This document shows, in pieces, positions 10,576 to 23,204 of a stretch of DNA of 64,000 bases. How positions within the stretch are numbered: the stretch's first letter is position 1; each line of letters opens with the position of its first letter. The position numbers were made by a program, and so were the translations under genes. The stretch comes from Octopus vulgaris (Eukaryota): assembly GCA_951406725.2 (NCBI GenBank), contig OX597839.1:29326001-29390000 (forward strand), read 5' to 3'. Under the pieces are notes generated by a model, which had not been told where the DNA came from, ran no database searches, and saw only the letters and a list, made by a program, of their open reading frames with translations.

Positions 10576-10796
10576 CTGAGTGGGGAGGGGCTGAAATGTT
10601 CCTGGTTTTAAGGGTTTCGCAAAAGGCCTGGCTGGAGGTCTAATCTTCCGAGTTCTTCTAAAGGGCTATTTAAAAATTGAAGGACCACTGCTATAAGTGT
10701 GTGAACCTGAGAGGGAAATTTGTTGAATAAAATCATAATTGAGTCTCCTTTATTTTTCTTTTACTCGAAGCCAGGAAGTTTTCAGCACCCCCTCAT
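10576..10796 (+). mobile_element. Mariner-derived MITE/deletion derivative
   Basis: TIRs gggg..gctgaaa.gttcctggttt / aagccaggaagttttcagcaccccctcata; interior encodes the mariner C-terminus KLKDHCYKCVNLRGKFVE*. Confidence 0.75.
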
Positions 10797-10815
10797 ATAT
10801 GTATAAATATATGTA

Positions 10816-11041
10816 GGGGTAGAATTCAGAAAACACAACAACAAAAATACAAAAACAAAAGACGAAGACAAATGGTGTAGACAACAAACAGATGTATTAG
10901 TTTAACGCTCGGGAATTGAAAAAGTCTTTAATGTTTTGAGCCTACGCTCTTCCACAGAAAGGAACACAGAGAGAAACAAGGAGAGAAAATAAAGAATGTG
11001 TAGTGGCTAGCGATCTATCATGGCGAATGATAGATCGCTAG
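10816..11041 (-). mobile_element. Penelope-like terminal repeat fragment with degenerate minimal HHR and terminal snap-back hairpin
   Basis: Reverse complement of 12165-12331; perfect IR CTAGCGATCTATCAT/ATGATAGATCGCTAG at ~11007-11041. Confidence 0.65.
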
Positions 11042-12116
11042 TTATGTATATGTGTTTGTGTGAGTGTGTGTTTGTGTGTTTGTATGTGTGTGTGTCTATA
11101 AATATATGTGCATGTGTAGTAATTAGCTATAGTGTGCATGTGTAACTTTCTTCTTGTTCAACAGTGCATTTGAACGGCTTTCCATCTGTGTTGACCTTGT
11201 GTCAATTAAAGACGTCAATTAAAGACGTCATCATCACCATCATCATCATCATCATCATTCATCATCATCATCATCATCATCATCAATCATTATCATCAAC
11301 TATTTCCCGTCTCATTACACGGTGGGGCTTGGTTTGTCTAACAGCTAAAAAGGAAAAAAAACCCAACTAGCTGGCTTCAATAATCTCTCTCTCTCTCTCA
11401 TTCTCTCTCTCTCTCATTCTCTCTCTCTCTCTCTCTGTCCCCCCCCTTGCTGCAATAATGATGATTTGCTAGTCTTCTCGTTTGCTGGTTTGTTGTAATG
11501 AGGTGAATGGAGAGAATTATTTCGAAATTAGGACAGGGTGGCGAACATTTTGTTGTGTAAAATGTCGGAGTGGATAAATAAATCATGGGCGGATATAGAT
11601 CACTGAGAAATCAATAGATTAGTGTTATATTAAATGAGATTATCTCAGATTCACTCCCAGTGTATTGTGTGTATTATCTGATTCTCTGATTCGTTTCGCT
11701 TCGATGTGGATCTTACGTTAAATGCAAGAAGAGAAAAATAACAATAAATAGAAAAAAAAACAATAATTTTCAACGGAAAGTATTGACTCAGCATAAGACA
11801 CACACACACACAGATATATGACTATATCCCCTGGCTGAAACCAGTTAAAGATCATAAAAAGTACACACACACACACACACACACAAACACATGCATACAT
11901 ACATACATATATATATATATATATTAGTTCTAAAATCTCTCTACGCGAGATATTCATATATATACATATATGTATATATTCATACCCACCATATATATAT
12001 AGCATGTATATATATATATATTCATATATATATATATGTACATATACGTACATACATACATACATACATACATACATACATACATACATACATACATACA
12101 TACATACATACATACA

Positions 12117-12147
<31 letters not shown>

Positions 12148-12164
12148 TCACACGCGCACACAGA

Positions 12165-12331
12165 CCGCTAGCCACTACACATTCTTTATTTTCTCTCCTT
12201 GTTTCTTTCTGTGGAAGAGCGTAGGCTCGAAACGTTAAAGACTTTTTCACTTCCCGAGTGTTAAACTAATACATCTGTTTATTGCCTTCACCACCCGTCG
12301 TTGTCTTTTGATTTTTTGTCAATTCTCCCCC
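12165..12331 (+). mobile_element. Penelope-like terminal repeat fragment with minimal HHR-like motif
   Basis: cttt-ctgtggaa-GAGC-gtag-GCTC-GAAA-C-G-TT-aaag; ends in (TA)n; relatives at 10816-11041, 17527-17710 and 34181-34395. Confidence 0.65.
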
Positions 12332-12573
12332 TATATATATACACACACACACACACACATATAGGTAATTATGCGGATAAACAAATTAGATACGTTAAAT
12401 ATATTAAATATATAATAGTTTGTGTAGAGATGCAGAAAGAGAGAAAGCAAAGGGTGGAGTCTTTCAGATGAGGAATTTTTAAGTATAAATCTATAAATAT
12501 TTATATTAATAGATCCGACTTACAGAGTACAAAGGACAGGGGAAATTAAAGGGGTGGAAGAAAGGTGCTATGA

Positions 12574-12704
12574 GTCTAGCAGCTGTTTCTGGGGGAGGGG
12601 CTCGGGGAACCATAATAATGTTGGTAGATGTGGTTCATCTCAATATGTGGCCGTGTGGATGCAATTAGCGTTGGATAAGGCGAACCTCCGTCATCAGGGT
12701 AGAC
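12574..12704 (-). ncRNA. Degenerate type I HHR with ~105-nt helix II insertion
   Basis: Minus strand: gtcta-cc-CTGATGA-cGGAGG...CCTCC-ccca-GAAA-CAGCTG-c-tagac; palindromic helix III; cleavage triplet altered. Confidence 0.5.
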
Positions 12705-12814
12705 AAGATCATACATTTCAGATCTTAATGCAGTAATGTGTGTGTGTGTGTGTGCATGTATACGTTTGTGTGTATTGTTGTGTAAAGAAGTAAAATAACA
12801 GACGAACATAGCAT

Positions 12815-13090
12815 TGAGTTAGTAACTTTAGACAGATGGGTTCGAACCCCGCTGCAGGCATTCCGTTTTCTGTTTTCCTGGACAGTACATTTCATTTCGC
12901 ATGTTCCTTCCACTCGACTCACCAGCTTACGGGAGTCAAAGGGGCTCATTTGATAATTCAGATTAAGCACGATACCTCGGGTATAAGGGCCCAGAAGCCT
13001 GTATCGCATAACTAACCCACCTCCGCAATCTAACCTGGCTGACGATGAGTTGTCTCTATGCCAGCAAGGGTCAATCTGCTTTCGAGAATC
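12815..13090 (+). mobile_element. Old tRNA-derived SINE-like relic
   Basis: B box gggttcgaacccc at ~12838-12850; body not assignable. Confidence 0.3.
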
Positions 13091-13469
13091 GCAGTCCTCA
13101 ATCTTAAATCAAAATTCAAAATGTCAAACTTGATAGTTTAATATTAAAAAGTGTCAACAGTTAAACGATCAATTTTTGACAGAAGTTAAAATAAAAAAAA
13201 AAAAGAAAAGGAGGGGCGGTAGTTTCAAGATGTAACTAATAAAAACCAGTTAATGGGCAGGTTGTTGCTGCTGCTGAGGCTACTGCTGCTGTTGTTGATA
13301 GTTATTCATTCTGAGATGTATGACATTTTGATGCTGTAAGCGATCCGGATGTCGTGTCGAGCGGCCATTTGGGTCTTAAATTCTCTCTTGATATGAAGCA
13401 GGAAGAAAAGCCTTAATTCGCAGAGATATTCACTCTCAAACCGAAGAACTGCTTCAAGGCCGTCTTATT

Positions 13470-13873
13470 ACTGGCAAAAATCGTTAGCATGCCGAGCAAA
13501 ATGCTTGGCGGTATTTCGCCCGTCGCTACGTTCCGAGTTCAAATTCCGTCGAGGTTGACTTTGCTTTTCTTCCTTTCGGGGTCGATAATATAAGTACCAG
13601 TTGAACACTGGGGTCGATATAATCGACTAGCCCCCTCCTACTAAATTTCAGGCCTCGTGCATATAGTGGAAAGGATTCTTCTTCTTCTTCTTCTTCTTCT
13701 CCTTCTCCTCTTCCTTCTTCTTCTTCTTGCAGCGAGCTGGCCGAATCATTAGCACAGCGGACGAAACACTTTGCGGTATTTCGCCCGTCGCTACGTTCCG
13801 AGTTCAAATTCCGCCGAGGTCGACTTTCCCTTTCATCCTTTCGGGGTTGATAAATTAAGTACCAGTAAAACAC

Positions 13874-13904
<31 letters not shown>

Positions 13905-14335
13905 GTAAAGGCGGCGAGTTGACAGAATGGTTTTCACGTCGGGAGAAATGCTTAGAAGTGTTTCGTCTGCCGTTACGTTCTGAGTTCAAATTCCGCAGAG
14001 TTCGACTTTTCCTTTCATCCTTTTGGGGTTAATTAAAAATAAGTACCAGTTGAATATTGGAGACGATATAATCGCCTTATCTCCTATGCTGAAGTTGCCA
14101 GCCTTCGAAGCCAATAATTCTTGTTCATTAAGACGGCGTGCTAGCAGAAACGTTAGCATGCGGGATGAAATGCTTAGCGGCATTTCGCCCGTCTTTACGT
14201 TCTAGGTTCAAATTCCACCGGGGTCAACTCTGCCCTTTATCCTTTTGGAGTAAGTACCAGTTGAGTCCTGGGGTTGATGTAATCGATTTACTCCCTTCTC
14301 TAGAAATTGATGCCTTGTACCAAAATTCGAAAACT
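13470..14335 (+). mobile_element. Cluster of four same-orientation SINE family A copies
   Basis: Copies at ~13470-13680, 13730-13870, 13908-14100 and 14135-14335, separated by (CTT)n and (ATT)n. Confidence 0.85.
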
Positions 14336-14399
14336 GAACGAAGAAATAGATAAAAATCTTTGTTCTTCCAAAAAGATCCCTATCTCCTCATTCACGATC

Positions 14400-14755
14400 C
14401 CCTTTGTATAGCAAACCAGAAACCTGCATTGTCAACCAATGACTTGGAAAATATCTGAAATGAACGATGGTGCCAAGAGAGTCTCCTTATTGTATTTGTT
14501 GCAAGGACTCCTGTCATATTTCTGAGGCAAAGTTATGGCGTCTAATTCAATGTCTGTGGAGAAATAGTTTGTGTGATACGCAAAGCAGGAATCCTCTTCC
14601 TTTTCAAGAGTACAGCGAATCCATATCAATATCCGAATATAACTGGCGCATTATTATCAATAGACTCGGAGATAAGGAATTGTCTATGGAATCCAAATGT
14701 GTTTCCATCCCCCGCAAAAATAAACCCAGTGCATCATCGATGAATACAGAGCCAG
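14400..14755 (-). mobile_element. Possible highly degenerate Penelope-like RT fragment
   Basis: FIDDALGLF resembles PLE RT YIDDIFG.W; downstream TLEKEEDSCFAYHTNYFS..I..AI..PQ....C resembles the PLE LY.K.TD...YLH..S.HP..K..I..SQ region; frameshifted. Confidence 0.4.
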
Positions 14756-15301
14756 TGATAAACATACATACATACATACGTACGTACGTACATGCATACA
14801 TACGTACATACATACATCTATGCATTCATACAGAAACAGCTGTCAGAGACTATCTTTATTATTTTGTACACTTTTTACCATTCATTATGTAGCTAAATTT
14901 TAGATTGAATTGAATGAAATTAAATGTCCTTGTCCTGCTTTGCCTAATTGTTTGCCTTCCCTCACTACTTTAACCTACACCTTCTGACTCAAAGGGATGC
15001 CACCTATAGCTGTTTTTGGACAGGATAATCACACAACCACAATGTCAACTGTTGTTCAAACTGGAATTTTGGTGGCACACCTATTTGAGCACTCAGAACG
15101 CATACCTTTTAGTTTGAGTCATCCTGACGAGAATTCTATACATGCATACATAATACATACATGCATACATACATACATGCATGCGTGTGGGGTGTGTGTG
15201 TATATATATGCGTGGGTGGATGTGTAGATGTATATGCAATCCAATGTTAATCAATTTCACCAGACAGTCGGTGCAACATCATCATACATATGGAACCAAT
15301 G

Positions 15302-15340
<39 letters not shown>

Positions 15341-15394
15341 GAAATATTGCATTTCTAAATCTCTCAGAGAGACTTATACAGTAGTAGCACGATC

Positions 15395-15511
15395 AAGTGA
15401 TTGTTGGTTGCCAACTTAATGTGGCAGTCCCAGGAAAGGGAAGAATGCTAAGTAGCAGTAGTATTCTTCCCTTTCCTTGGATTGCCGCATTTAAGTTCGC
15501 AACAAACCATC

Positions 15512-15515
<4 letters not shown>
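15395..15515. repeat. ~57-bp-arm imperfect inverted repeat (8-nt loop) within a (TA)n-flanked insert
   Basis: aagtgattgttggttgccaacttaatgtggcagtcccaggaaagggaagaatgcta pairs with tagtattcttccctttccttggattgccgcatttaagttcgcaacaaaccatcactt. Confidence 0.85.
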
Positions 15516-15542
<27 letters not shown>

Positions 15543-15680
15543 CAAGGCCTTGGAAGGGTAGCATAACTTCTCACGTGGAGCTTTTGCATGAATTGGCGCT
15601 AAAAACAGAATTGGTACAGAAACAATTGTAACTGGCCAATAAAGATGGGCGAAACTCTTTCTATTTCTTCTTATTTGGAT

Positions 15681-15737
<57 letters not shown>

Positions 15738-15970
15738 TTCAGAACGATTTTCCAAAATAGCCGGTGCACCACCAGTACTTAAGTAGTCAGTGGTACGTAC
15801 ATACATACATACATACATACGTAGGTACATGCATGCATGCATAAATACATGCATATATACATACATTGATGCATGCGTACATACACACCTATGTATATGT
15901 ATATACACACGTATATATGAATGCACATACACATTCACATTAACACCCGCCCCCACAAAAAGCACACACT

Positions 15971-16013
<43 letters not shown>

Positions 16014-16297
16014 CGAATCCAGATCGATTCCCCAATACAGTAGACGGCTCACCGTCAATACATTCCGGTGCCAACGCTGTATTTATCCAATACAATCTTC
16101 CACCAGATTGAATAAATCCATCGCCTTTGGTCGCCGTTTCCATTGCTTCACCAATTAGATTACGTTCTTGCGTTCTATCATATATCTATCTATCTATCTA
16201 TCTATATATATATATCGATCTTTGCTATAATCAGACACGAATAATCAGTTGACTTACAATTGGGACCCTCACTTGACTCATTCATCTGCAGTTGCTA

Positions 16298-17120
16298 TAT
16301 TATCATCCTCATCACCATCACCATCCCCATCACCATCATCACCATCACCATCATCATCACCATTATTATTATTATCATTATTATTGTTATTATTATTCCC
16401 AGGGAAACGTCTTCAGCTCATCAATCACCGACTGCTGCCGGACGTATTTCACTTTTGAGCTTGACGTTGCTGTTGCTGTCTTCTTCTTCTTCTTCTTCTT
16501 CTTCTTGTTCTGACGCTGGACGGACGACGTTGCCGCTTGTTGCACGTTCTTTCGGTGCTCTTCTGTATCAGAACGATTCCGGTGCAATCTATAATGCACA
16601 CCACCGCCACCAGCTCCGCCGCCGCTTCCGCCTTTGCTCTCGCCGCCGATGCCGCCGATGCCACCCCCGCTGCAGCTACCGGTGCCGTCACCACTAACAT
16701 TACCACCACCATCATCGTTATCATCACCCCCATCCAACAACCACCACCAACAACAACAACACCACCACTACCACCACCATCACCGCCACCGCCACTACCA
16801 CAAGCTGACGACAATGCAGAGGAGGGAGTTGCTCTTGGGAATAGGACACAGTAGAACCTCTTTGCATAAATCGGAAAGTGTCCAGAGAGAGAGAGAGAGT
16901 ACATAGTGAGAGATAGAATGATAAAGAGACAGGTGGAGAAAGAATGATAGATAGAAAGAGTACATAGTGAGAAATAGATAAAGGGAGAGGGTAAGAAAAG
17001 AAAGAGAAAGAAAGCGAGAGAAAGAGAGAGTGGGAAGGGATAGAGAGAGAGAGAGAGGGAGAGAGAGAGAAAGAGAAAAGCAGGAGAGAGACAGAGTAAG
17101 TGGGGAGAAGAGATAGGCCT
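16298..17120. repeat. Compound low-complexity field: (CAT/CAC), (ATT), (CTT), (GCC), (CCA/CAA), (GA)n
   Basis: Seen directly; accounts for the overlapping poly-H/P/A/S ORFs. Confidence 0.85.
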
Positions 17121-17526
17121 GTAGTGGGACACAGACACAAATCTAAGTTTCGAGGACAAGAATTGAATAATCGATTGAACTGACCTGAATGTATCGGAAG
17201 TCGATGATTGGTAGAATCGGTGCAGCGTTTGATAAAATGGCTTACGAGATATAAGAACGGCTTTTTACGTTTCGAGTTCAAATATCGTTGGGGTCCATCT
17301 TCGTTCTTTTCATTCCCTTGAGGTCGACAAAATATAGTTCCAGTTTAAATATCGAAGGAGAAGGTCGATAGAATCGACCATATTGACCTCACAGCAAAAG
17401 TCTGCGGCCCTGTGTTTGTGGAAGAAATGAATCGATTAAAAGTGATGGGTTGGCAGATAAGTATACACACACACACACACACACACGCATACACACACAC
17501 ATAATACATACATACATACATATATA

Positions 17527-17710
17527 TCGACCGCTGAACTCTACACTGTTTTTCTCTCTCTCGGTTTTTTTACTCTCCCTCCATTCCCTCCCCTTTATTC
17601 CTTTCTGTCGAAGAGCGTTGGCTCGAAACGTAAAAGTCTTTCCCATTTTTCCCGAGCATCAAATTAAAACACCAGCTTTCTACGTTTATATTTTTCTGTA
17701 AATTTGAACA
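17527..17710 (+). mobile_element. Penelope-like terminal repeat fragment with minimal HHR-like motif
   Basis: cttt-ctgtcgaa-GAGC-gttg-GCTC-GAAA-C-G-TA-aaag at ~17601-17636; same family as 12165-12331. Confidence 0.6.
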
Positions 17711-17759
17711 CACTCTACATAGTTTTAATATATTTTTTAAATATATTTTCTATTGCGTT

Positions 17760-18240
17760 TGTCGACCGGTTTCGCTTTCGCTAATCATGACATTTAAATG
17801 ATTGTAATTTCGTATTTTCTTAAGAAGATTTTAGTCTATGTTGTGCGTGGAGAAGTTTGTGAAAAAATGATTCAACAAGTAGAAAAATCTAAGGGGAAGT
17901 AATTGGTGATCGTTATTGTTGGGGACAGGGGAGGTAATTGCACGTCTTTCAGAGAGATCCAAAAATGAATAGATCAATTAATTGATCTATTTGATCATTA
18001 ATGGTGAAGCTCATGGGTTTACTGAGATTTTTATTCATTCAAGTGTCCAGCTCGCCTACAAGCAATGTGCCATTAATAAGAATGCTTTTTCGTGGTTTGG
18101 GATATGACTATCCTTTTTAGCATGTAAGAAGTCCACATCGTGGTCTTCTTTCAGTGTATAAATTCTTTTACACTCTTATATTATAAAAATATTTACATCT
18201 TCTGACTTTTATTACGCATGCTAACCACTGGTATAAATTA
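17760..18240 (-). mobile_element. Penelope-like element 3' relic with variant minimal HHR (17760-17792)
   Basis: Minus strand: TGTC-atgatta-GC-gaaa-GC-GAAA-CCGG-TC-GACA (helix I TGTC/GACA, GNRA-capped helix II, palindromic ACCGGT); upstream weak GIY-YIG C-terminus-like ILI.......MNKNLS. Confidence 0.5.
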
Positions 18241-18261
18241 TTATTTCAATAATTTTTACCC

Positions 18262-18450
18262 TTGTGTGTGTGTGTATGTTTGTGTGTCTGTGTTTGTTCC
18301 CCCCAACAACGCTTGGCAACCGGTGCTGGTGTGTTTACGTCCCCGTAACTAGGCTTACAAAGAATAAGTCCTGGGAGTCGATTTGTTCGCTAAAGGCGGT
18401 GTTCTAGCATGGCCGCAGTAAAATGACTGAAACAAGTAAAAGAATAAAAG
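18262..18450 (+). mobile_element. SINE family B, 3' half, followed by (TGCG)n
   Basis: Matches the family B 3' half. Confidence 0.8.
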
Positions 18451-18462
18451 AACATATATATG

Positions 18463-18534
<72 letters not shown>

Positions 18535-19079
18535 TGTAGATATGCATGTATATATGAGTAGTGTTTTTGTATGGAAGAAACGAATTCAGTGGGACACTTC
18601 AAAAGGTTCATGCAAACCCAAACCCAAACCTCTCCACTTCAAATGAAGAATTTTCTGGCCATATTCCATGACTCGTCTAGTTTTTCATGGTTCATTTCCC
18701 CAAAGGATGTTATCGATATTGAAACATTTTCCACTGCACACACACACACCATATATATATTTTTGAAAAATAGGAATTATCTACGTGACATTATAATTGT
18801 TTTTACAAATTGTTCCAGAACTATCCAGGGGAATACTATTATCACTAGTATATAGAATTATAACCCTTCGATCTGTAACTAGTCTGATAACGCACGAAAC
18901 TATCGACCCTTGAGTATAGCAACATCCGGTAGAGCGCGCGCACACACACGCGCATAAAGTCATAAATGGCAGAAATAATTTGATGGAATTTTATTTAACG
19001 ATAAGAAAATTCTAATTTTAAGGACAAATTGTTTTGTAACTTAAAAACATGTAGATAATTTATAAATATTCTTTTCTTC

Positions 19080-19238
19080 TCTAGGCACAAGGTCCGAAAT
19101 TTTAGGGAGGCGGGGCAGTCGATTACATCAACCCCAGTACGCAACTGGTACTTAATTTATCGACCCCGAAAGGATGAAAAGCAAAGTCGACCTCGGCGGA
19201 ATTTGAACTCAGAACGTAAAGACAAACGAAATACCTAT
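19080..19238 (-). mobile_element. SINE family A unit beginning at the multimer junction
   Basis: Minus strand begins aataggtatttcgtttgtctttacgttctgagttcaaattccgccg. Confidence 0.8.
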
Positions 19239-20042
19239 TATAAAAAGTAATTTTCCAAATATTTTCTCAGGTTTCAATTTTAAACAATTTTTACGTATTT
19301 TGCTTTGCTTTTAAAAGCTCACCTTGAGATTCTATACTATTGGTCTTCTGTTTGATCTACGAAGTTAAAAAGATTGAAAAACCACTGCCGTAATGTCTTA
19401 ATATGTGGTTCTACTATTCCACCATAGGTAGTAGACCAACGGAATCGTTTGATCGTTGGACAGAACGCCTACAGTCTTTTAGTAACAGTTGTTTTATGTA
19501 CGGAATGGAACTTCTGCCAAAGTCGACGTAGCATTTTATCCTTGCACGGGAGTCGTCGGAATAAAGTAGGCGTCAAGTAATGGGAACGGCTTTTTTTTCT
19601 TTTATGATATTCTAACCAAACATCGTAGAAGGGAATAGGATTAAGAAATCTAAGACAGTACAAAGAAGGTTGATAAATCTCTCCACACACAAATTACCTG
19701 AATGTAGGAAATTATTGAAGATGTACAATATTGGTCACAATAATAGGAATCTGTCACTATAGAAACCTTGGAAGCAGTGAAACGTGATACAAAACAGAAA
19801 AATCGAAGAACTGCCAAATAAAACATTCCTTGTGGGAATTTCAGAAGACAGAATTCCAACCAAATGTTCATATTCGGCGAAAAATATTATTATTAAGATA
19901 TTTAATGAAAAAAGAGAAAATCATATTCCTCCCTCTTCTACAACGATAGATTTACGAGACTGATGGTGGATGCAACGAAGATGGTAGTTGAAGCGAGCCT
20001 CTGCATGGTTGTTTGGCATGCTAGACATAACAGCCAAATAAA

Positions 20043-20221
20043 TAGGCGCAGGCTGGGCTGTGTGGTAAGAAGTTTGTTTTCCAATCGCATGATTCCGGTT
20101 TCAGTCCCACTGCGTGGCACCTTGGGCGAGTGTTTTCTACTTTAGCCTCGGCTCAACCAGAGCCTTTTGAGTGGATTTGGTAGACAGAAACTGAAAGAAG
20201 CCCGTCGTATCTGCCTGCTTG

Positions 20222-20285
<64 letters not shown>

Positions 20286-20595
20286 CGTGCGTGTGTGTGT
20301 GTGTGTGTGTGTGTGTCCAGTTGTCCTTCACCACCGCTTGACAACCGGTGTTGGTGTGTTACGTCCTCGTAACTTTGCGGTTCGGCAAAAGAAACGGATA
20401 GAATGACTAACAGGCTTAAAAGAAAAAAGTAATGGGCTCGATTAAATTAAAAGACGGGCTTCTTCCAGTTTCCGTCTACCAAATCCACTCGCAAGGCTTT
20501 GGTCAGCCCGAGGCTATAGTAGAAGACACTTGCCCAAGATGCCACGCAGTAGGACTGAACCCGGAACCATATGGTTGGTAAGCAAGCTACTTACC
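20043..20595. mobile_element. Two SINE family B copies in inverted orientation (+ 20043-20445; - 20452-20595)
   Basis: The ~145-nt 5' regions are reverse complements of each other. Confidence 0.85.
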
Positions 20596-20671
20596 ACACA
20601 GCCACTCCTACGCCTATTAGATTCTTCTTTTAGGTTAGATTCCGCATCTGATTTACATCTATTCCTATTTA

Positions 20672-21073
20672 CGAGGGTAATAAAAAATGATCCGTACTTT
20701 CACCATAACATTTCTTTATTATTGTCACACTGCCTTCTGCGCATGCTTGCTTATAGCTGGTACTATTGTGGTCACGTGATCGAAGTTTAATCCTGCTTTC
20801 GTTATTTTTCTGTCTGGCTTTAGAGTGTAAGGATGACCGCTCCACTAGCAATGTGAACCGAAGAAGAACAGGTGTGTCAGATGCTGAGAAATTCGTCGGA
20901 GGCTTTCAGCGCAATACAGAGACGACAGCGCACTACTGCTTAGAAGTGTGGATGAGTGAATCGAGAAGTTTAAAGGCGGCCGGACAAACGTGATGTAGAC
21001 GAGAAGATTCAGCAAGCTCGGGAGATGGTAATGGTGAATCTGTTCACCGTTACCATCTTTCGGATTCCCCTCG
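20672..21073 (+). mobile_element. Internally deleted mariner element with TA target duplication
   Basis: TA|cgagggtaat ... attcccctcg|TA; N-terminal HTH relic MTAPLA..EEEQ..EIRRRLSAQY..SVDE*IEKFKGGRTNV. Confidence 0.8.
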
Positions 21074-21174
21074 TATATCTTGTATATGATACTGGGTGTT
21101 GATAATTTAAGACAAAAAATTAAGAGCTTATTAAATATTGAAACACCTTCGTGACTTTGGCCCACCCTGTATAT

Positions 21175-22775
21175 TGATTTCAAATTTTGGTACAAGGCCA
21201 GAGGTTCGACACACCTGTGCTCCACTGGTATTTATTTTATCGACCCCGAAAGGATAATAGGTAACGTCAACCTCGGTGGAATTTGAACTCAGAACGTACA
21301 GACGGACGAAGTACTGCTGAGCATTTCATCCGGCGTGCTAACGCTTCAACTTTGCTAGGATATTATCTGCTGTCTCTAACATTGCTGAATAACCCGTTTA
21401 CTGTACAGCAATGAGTAACCACATGGGAAGCCTTTTACATAATCGATCTCTGCCCATTTTAATCGATCCAGCCTTATAGTCCTGGAATATAAAGGCGGTG
21501 AGCTGGCAGAATCGCTAGCACGCCGGACGAAGTGCTTAACGGCATTTCGTCCGTCTTTACGTTTTGAGTTCAAATTTCGCCGTGGTCGTCTTTGCCTTTC
21601 GTCTTTTCGGGGTCGATAAAATGAGTACCAGTTGAGCACTGGGGTCGTTGTAATCGATTTAATCCATCCCCCGAAATTACTGGCCAATAATTGGAATATA
21701 TAAGGCAGGGGGAGGCTGTGGGCTGGCAGAATCTTTAGGAGGTCGGGAAAAATATTTAGCGTTATTTCCTCCGACTTTTCGTTCTGAGTTCAAATGCCAC
21801 CGGGGTAGAATTTTCCTTTCATTCATTTCGGAGTTGATAACTTAAGTACCTGTTGAGCACTGGGGTCGACTTAATCGATCTAACCCTCCCCTTAAAATTG
21901 CTGGCCTTTCATCCGTCATTACGCTCTGAGTTCAAATTTCGTCGAGGTTGACTTTGCCTTTAATCCCTTTCGGGGTTTTGATGAATAAACAGAAACTGGC
22001 TTGGTAAGGTTTAGCCAGCGAAACCAGTCATTTGGATATAGAGCAAGTCCCATCGTTAGGGTTCCATTTACTAAATACACTCACAAGGCATTAATAGTAT
22101 GATCGGGGCTATAAAAGAAAACACTTGGAAAAGGTGCCACCCAGCGAGACTGAACCCGAAACTTGCACGGGTGCGAAGCAAACGCCTTAACCACACACCC
22201 AAGCTTGTGCCGTGTCGGTAAAATAGCGTAAGCCAGCAACACTGACCGTTAGGTTGTAGAACAAAGCCACATCGTACTTTCCTTGCAATTCTGTAGTTTG
22301 TTATTTATTGTAAAGAACAGGATGGAAATCTAGGAAACACTTCTCGATGACTTACGGAAAATAAAAATATATTTTATAACGAATTTGAATATGAATAAGA
22401 AAAGCAGAATACAATGGGAAATATTTTCAGTCGCTGTATAGAAAAGCTGTTCGGGTTTGGGCTGATTAATTAATTTCAGTTTAATGCAAATGAAGACGGA
22501 GAGTTATTCATTTATATTTAGTATATTATATATTTAGCATATTGTATTTTGTAAAATGTCCGCGTGCAACTGATGTTAAAAAGTCTTAAGTGCTTATGTC
22601 ATACATAAATATTATTCATATTCTGGATAAGAATCTGTCGTAAATATAGATGTTACTGACCGTTAGGTTGTAGAACAATCCACATCGTACCAGTGAAACA
22701 CCTGGGTTGATATAATCGACTTAACCCCTCTACCCCAATTTCAGGCCTTGTGCCTATAGTAGATTAGGATTATTC
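21175..22775. mobile_element. SINE family A cluster (- 21175-21350; + 21492-21690, 21715-21910, 21910-21985 resuming at ~22687-22775) with a degenerate family B piece at ~22060-22205
   Basis: Repeated B box/Meta-like motifs; the last copy appears split by ~700 bp. Confidence 0.75.
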
Positions 22776-23204
22776 TATTTTCTACAGCTTAATGCTTTTG
22801 TTTACTCTGGATACCAGTTTTCTAAAACCAGTCGCTTTATTAATCGTTGGTATTTACGTTCGTTTGAGTTTCGGTGAGGAACTTTCTGCTGAGTGGGAAA
22901 AAAGGTTATTTTCTGGAATGAGCGAGAACGGTGTTCATTCAGTATAGATCTTCGGATTTTACTGGAGTTGGGGGGGTTGAGAAGGAGGTACAGAGTCTGT
23001 TACTATTTTATCTTATTGGTTGTTTTCAATATTATGATTTTGGTAATAAGTAAATTGTTCGTTTGCATAAATTATTCTAGTGTATAAATTGGTTCTCACG
23101 GGATTTTGCTTAGAAATTATGCAGATGTTTTGTGGATAGTACGGCTAACCAAAGGAACTTTGTGCTTGGAGATTTCCATTTATGGGCCTTTCTAAGGGCT
23201 TCTG

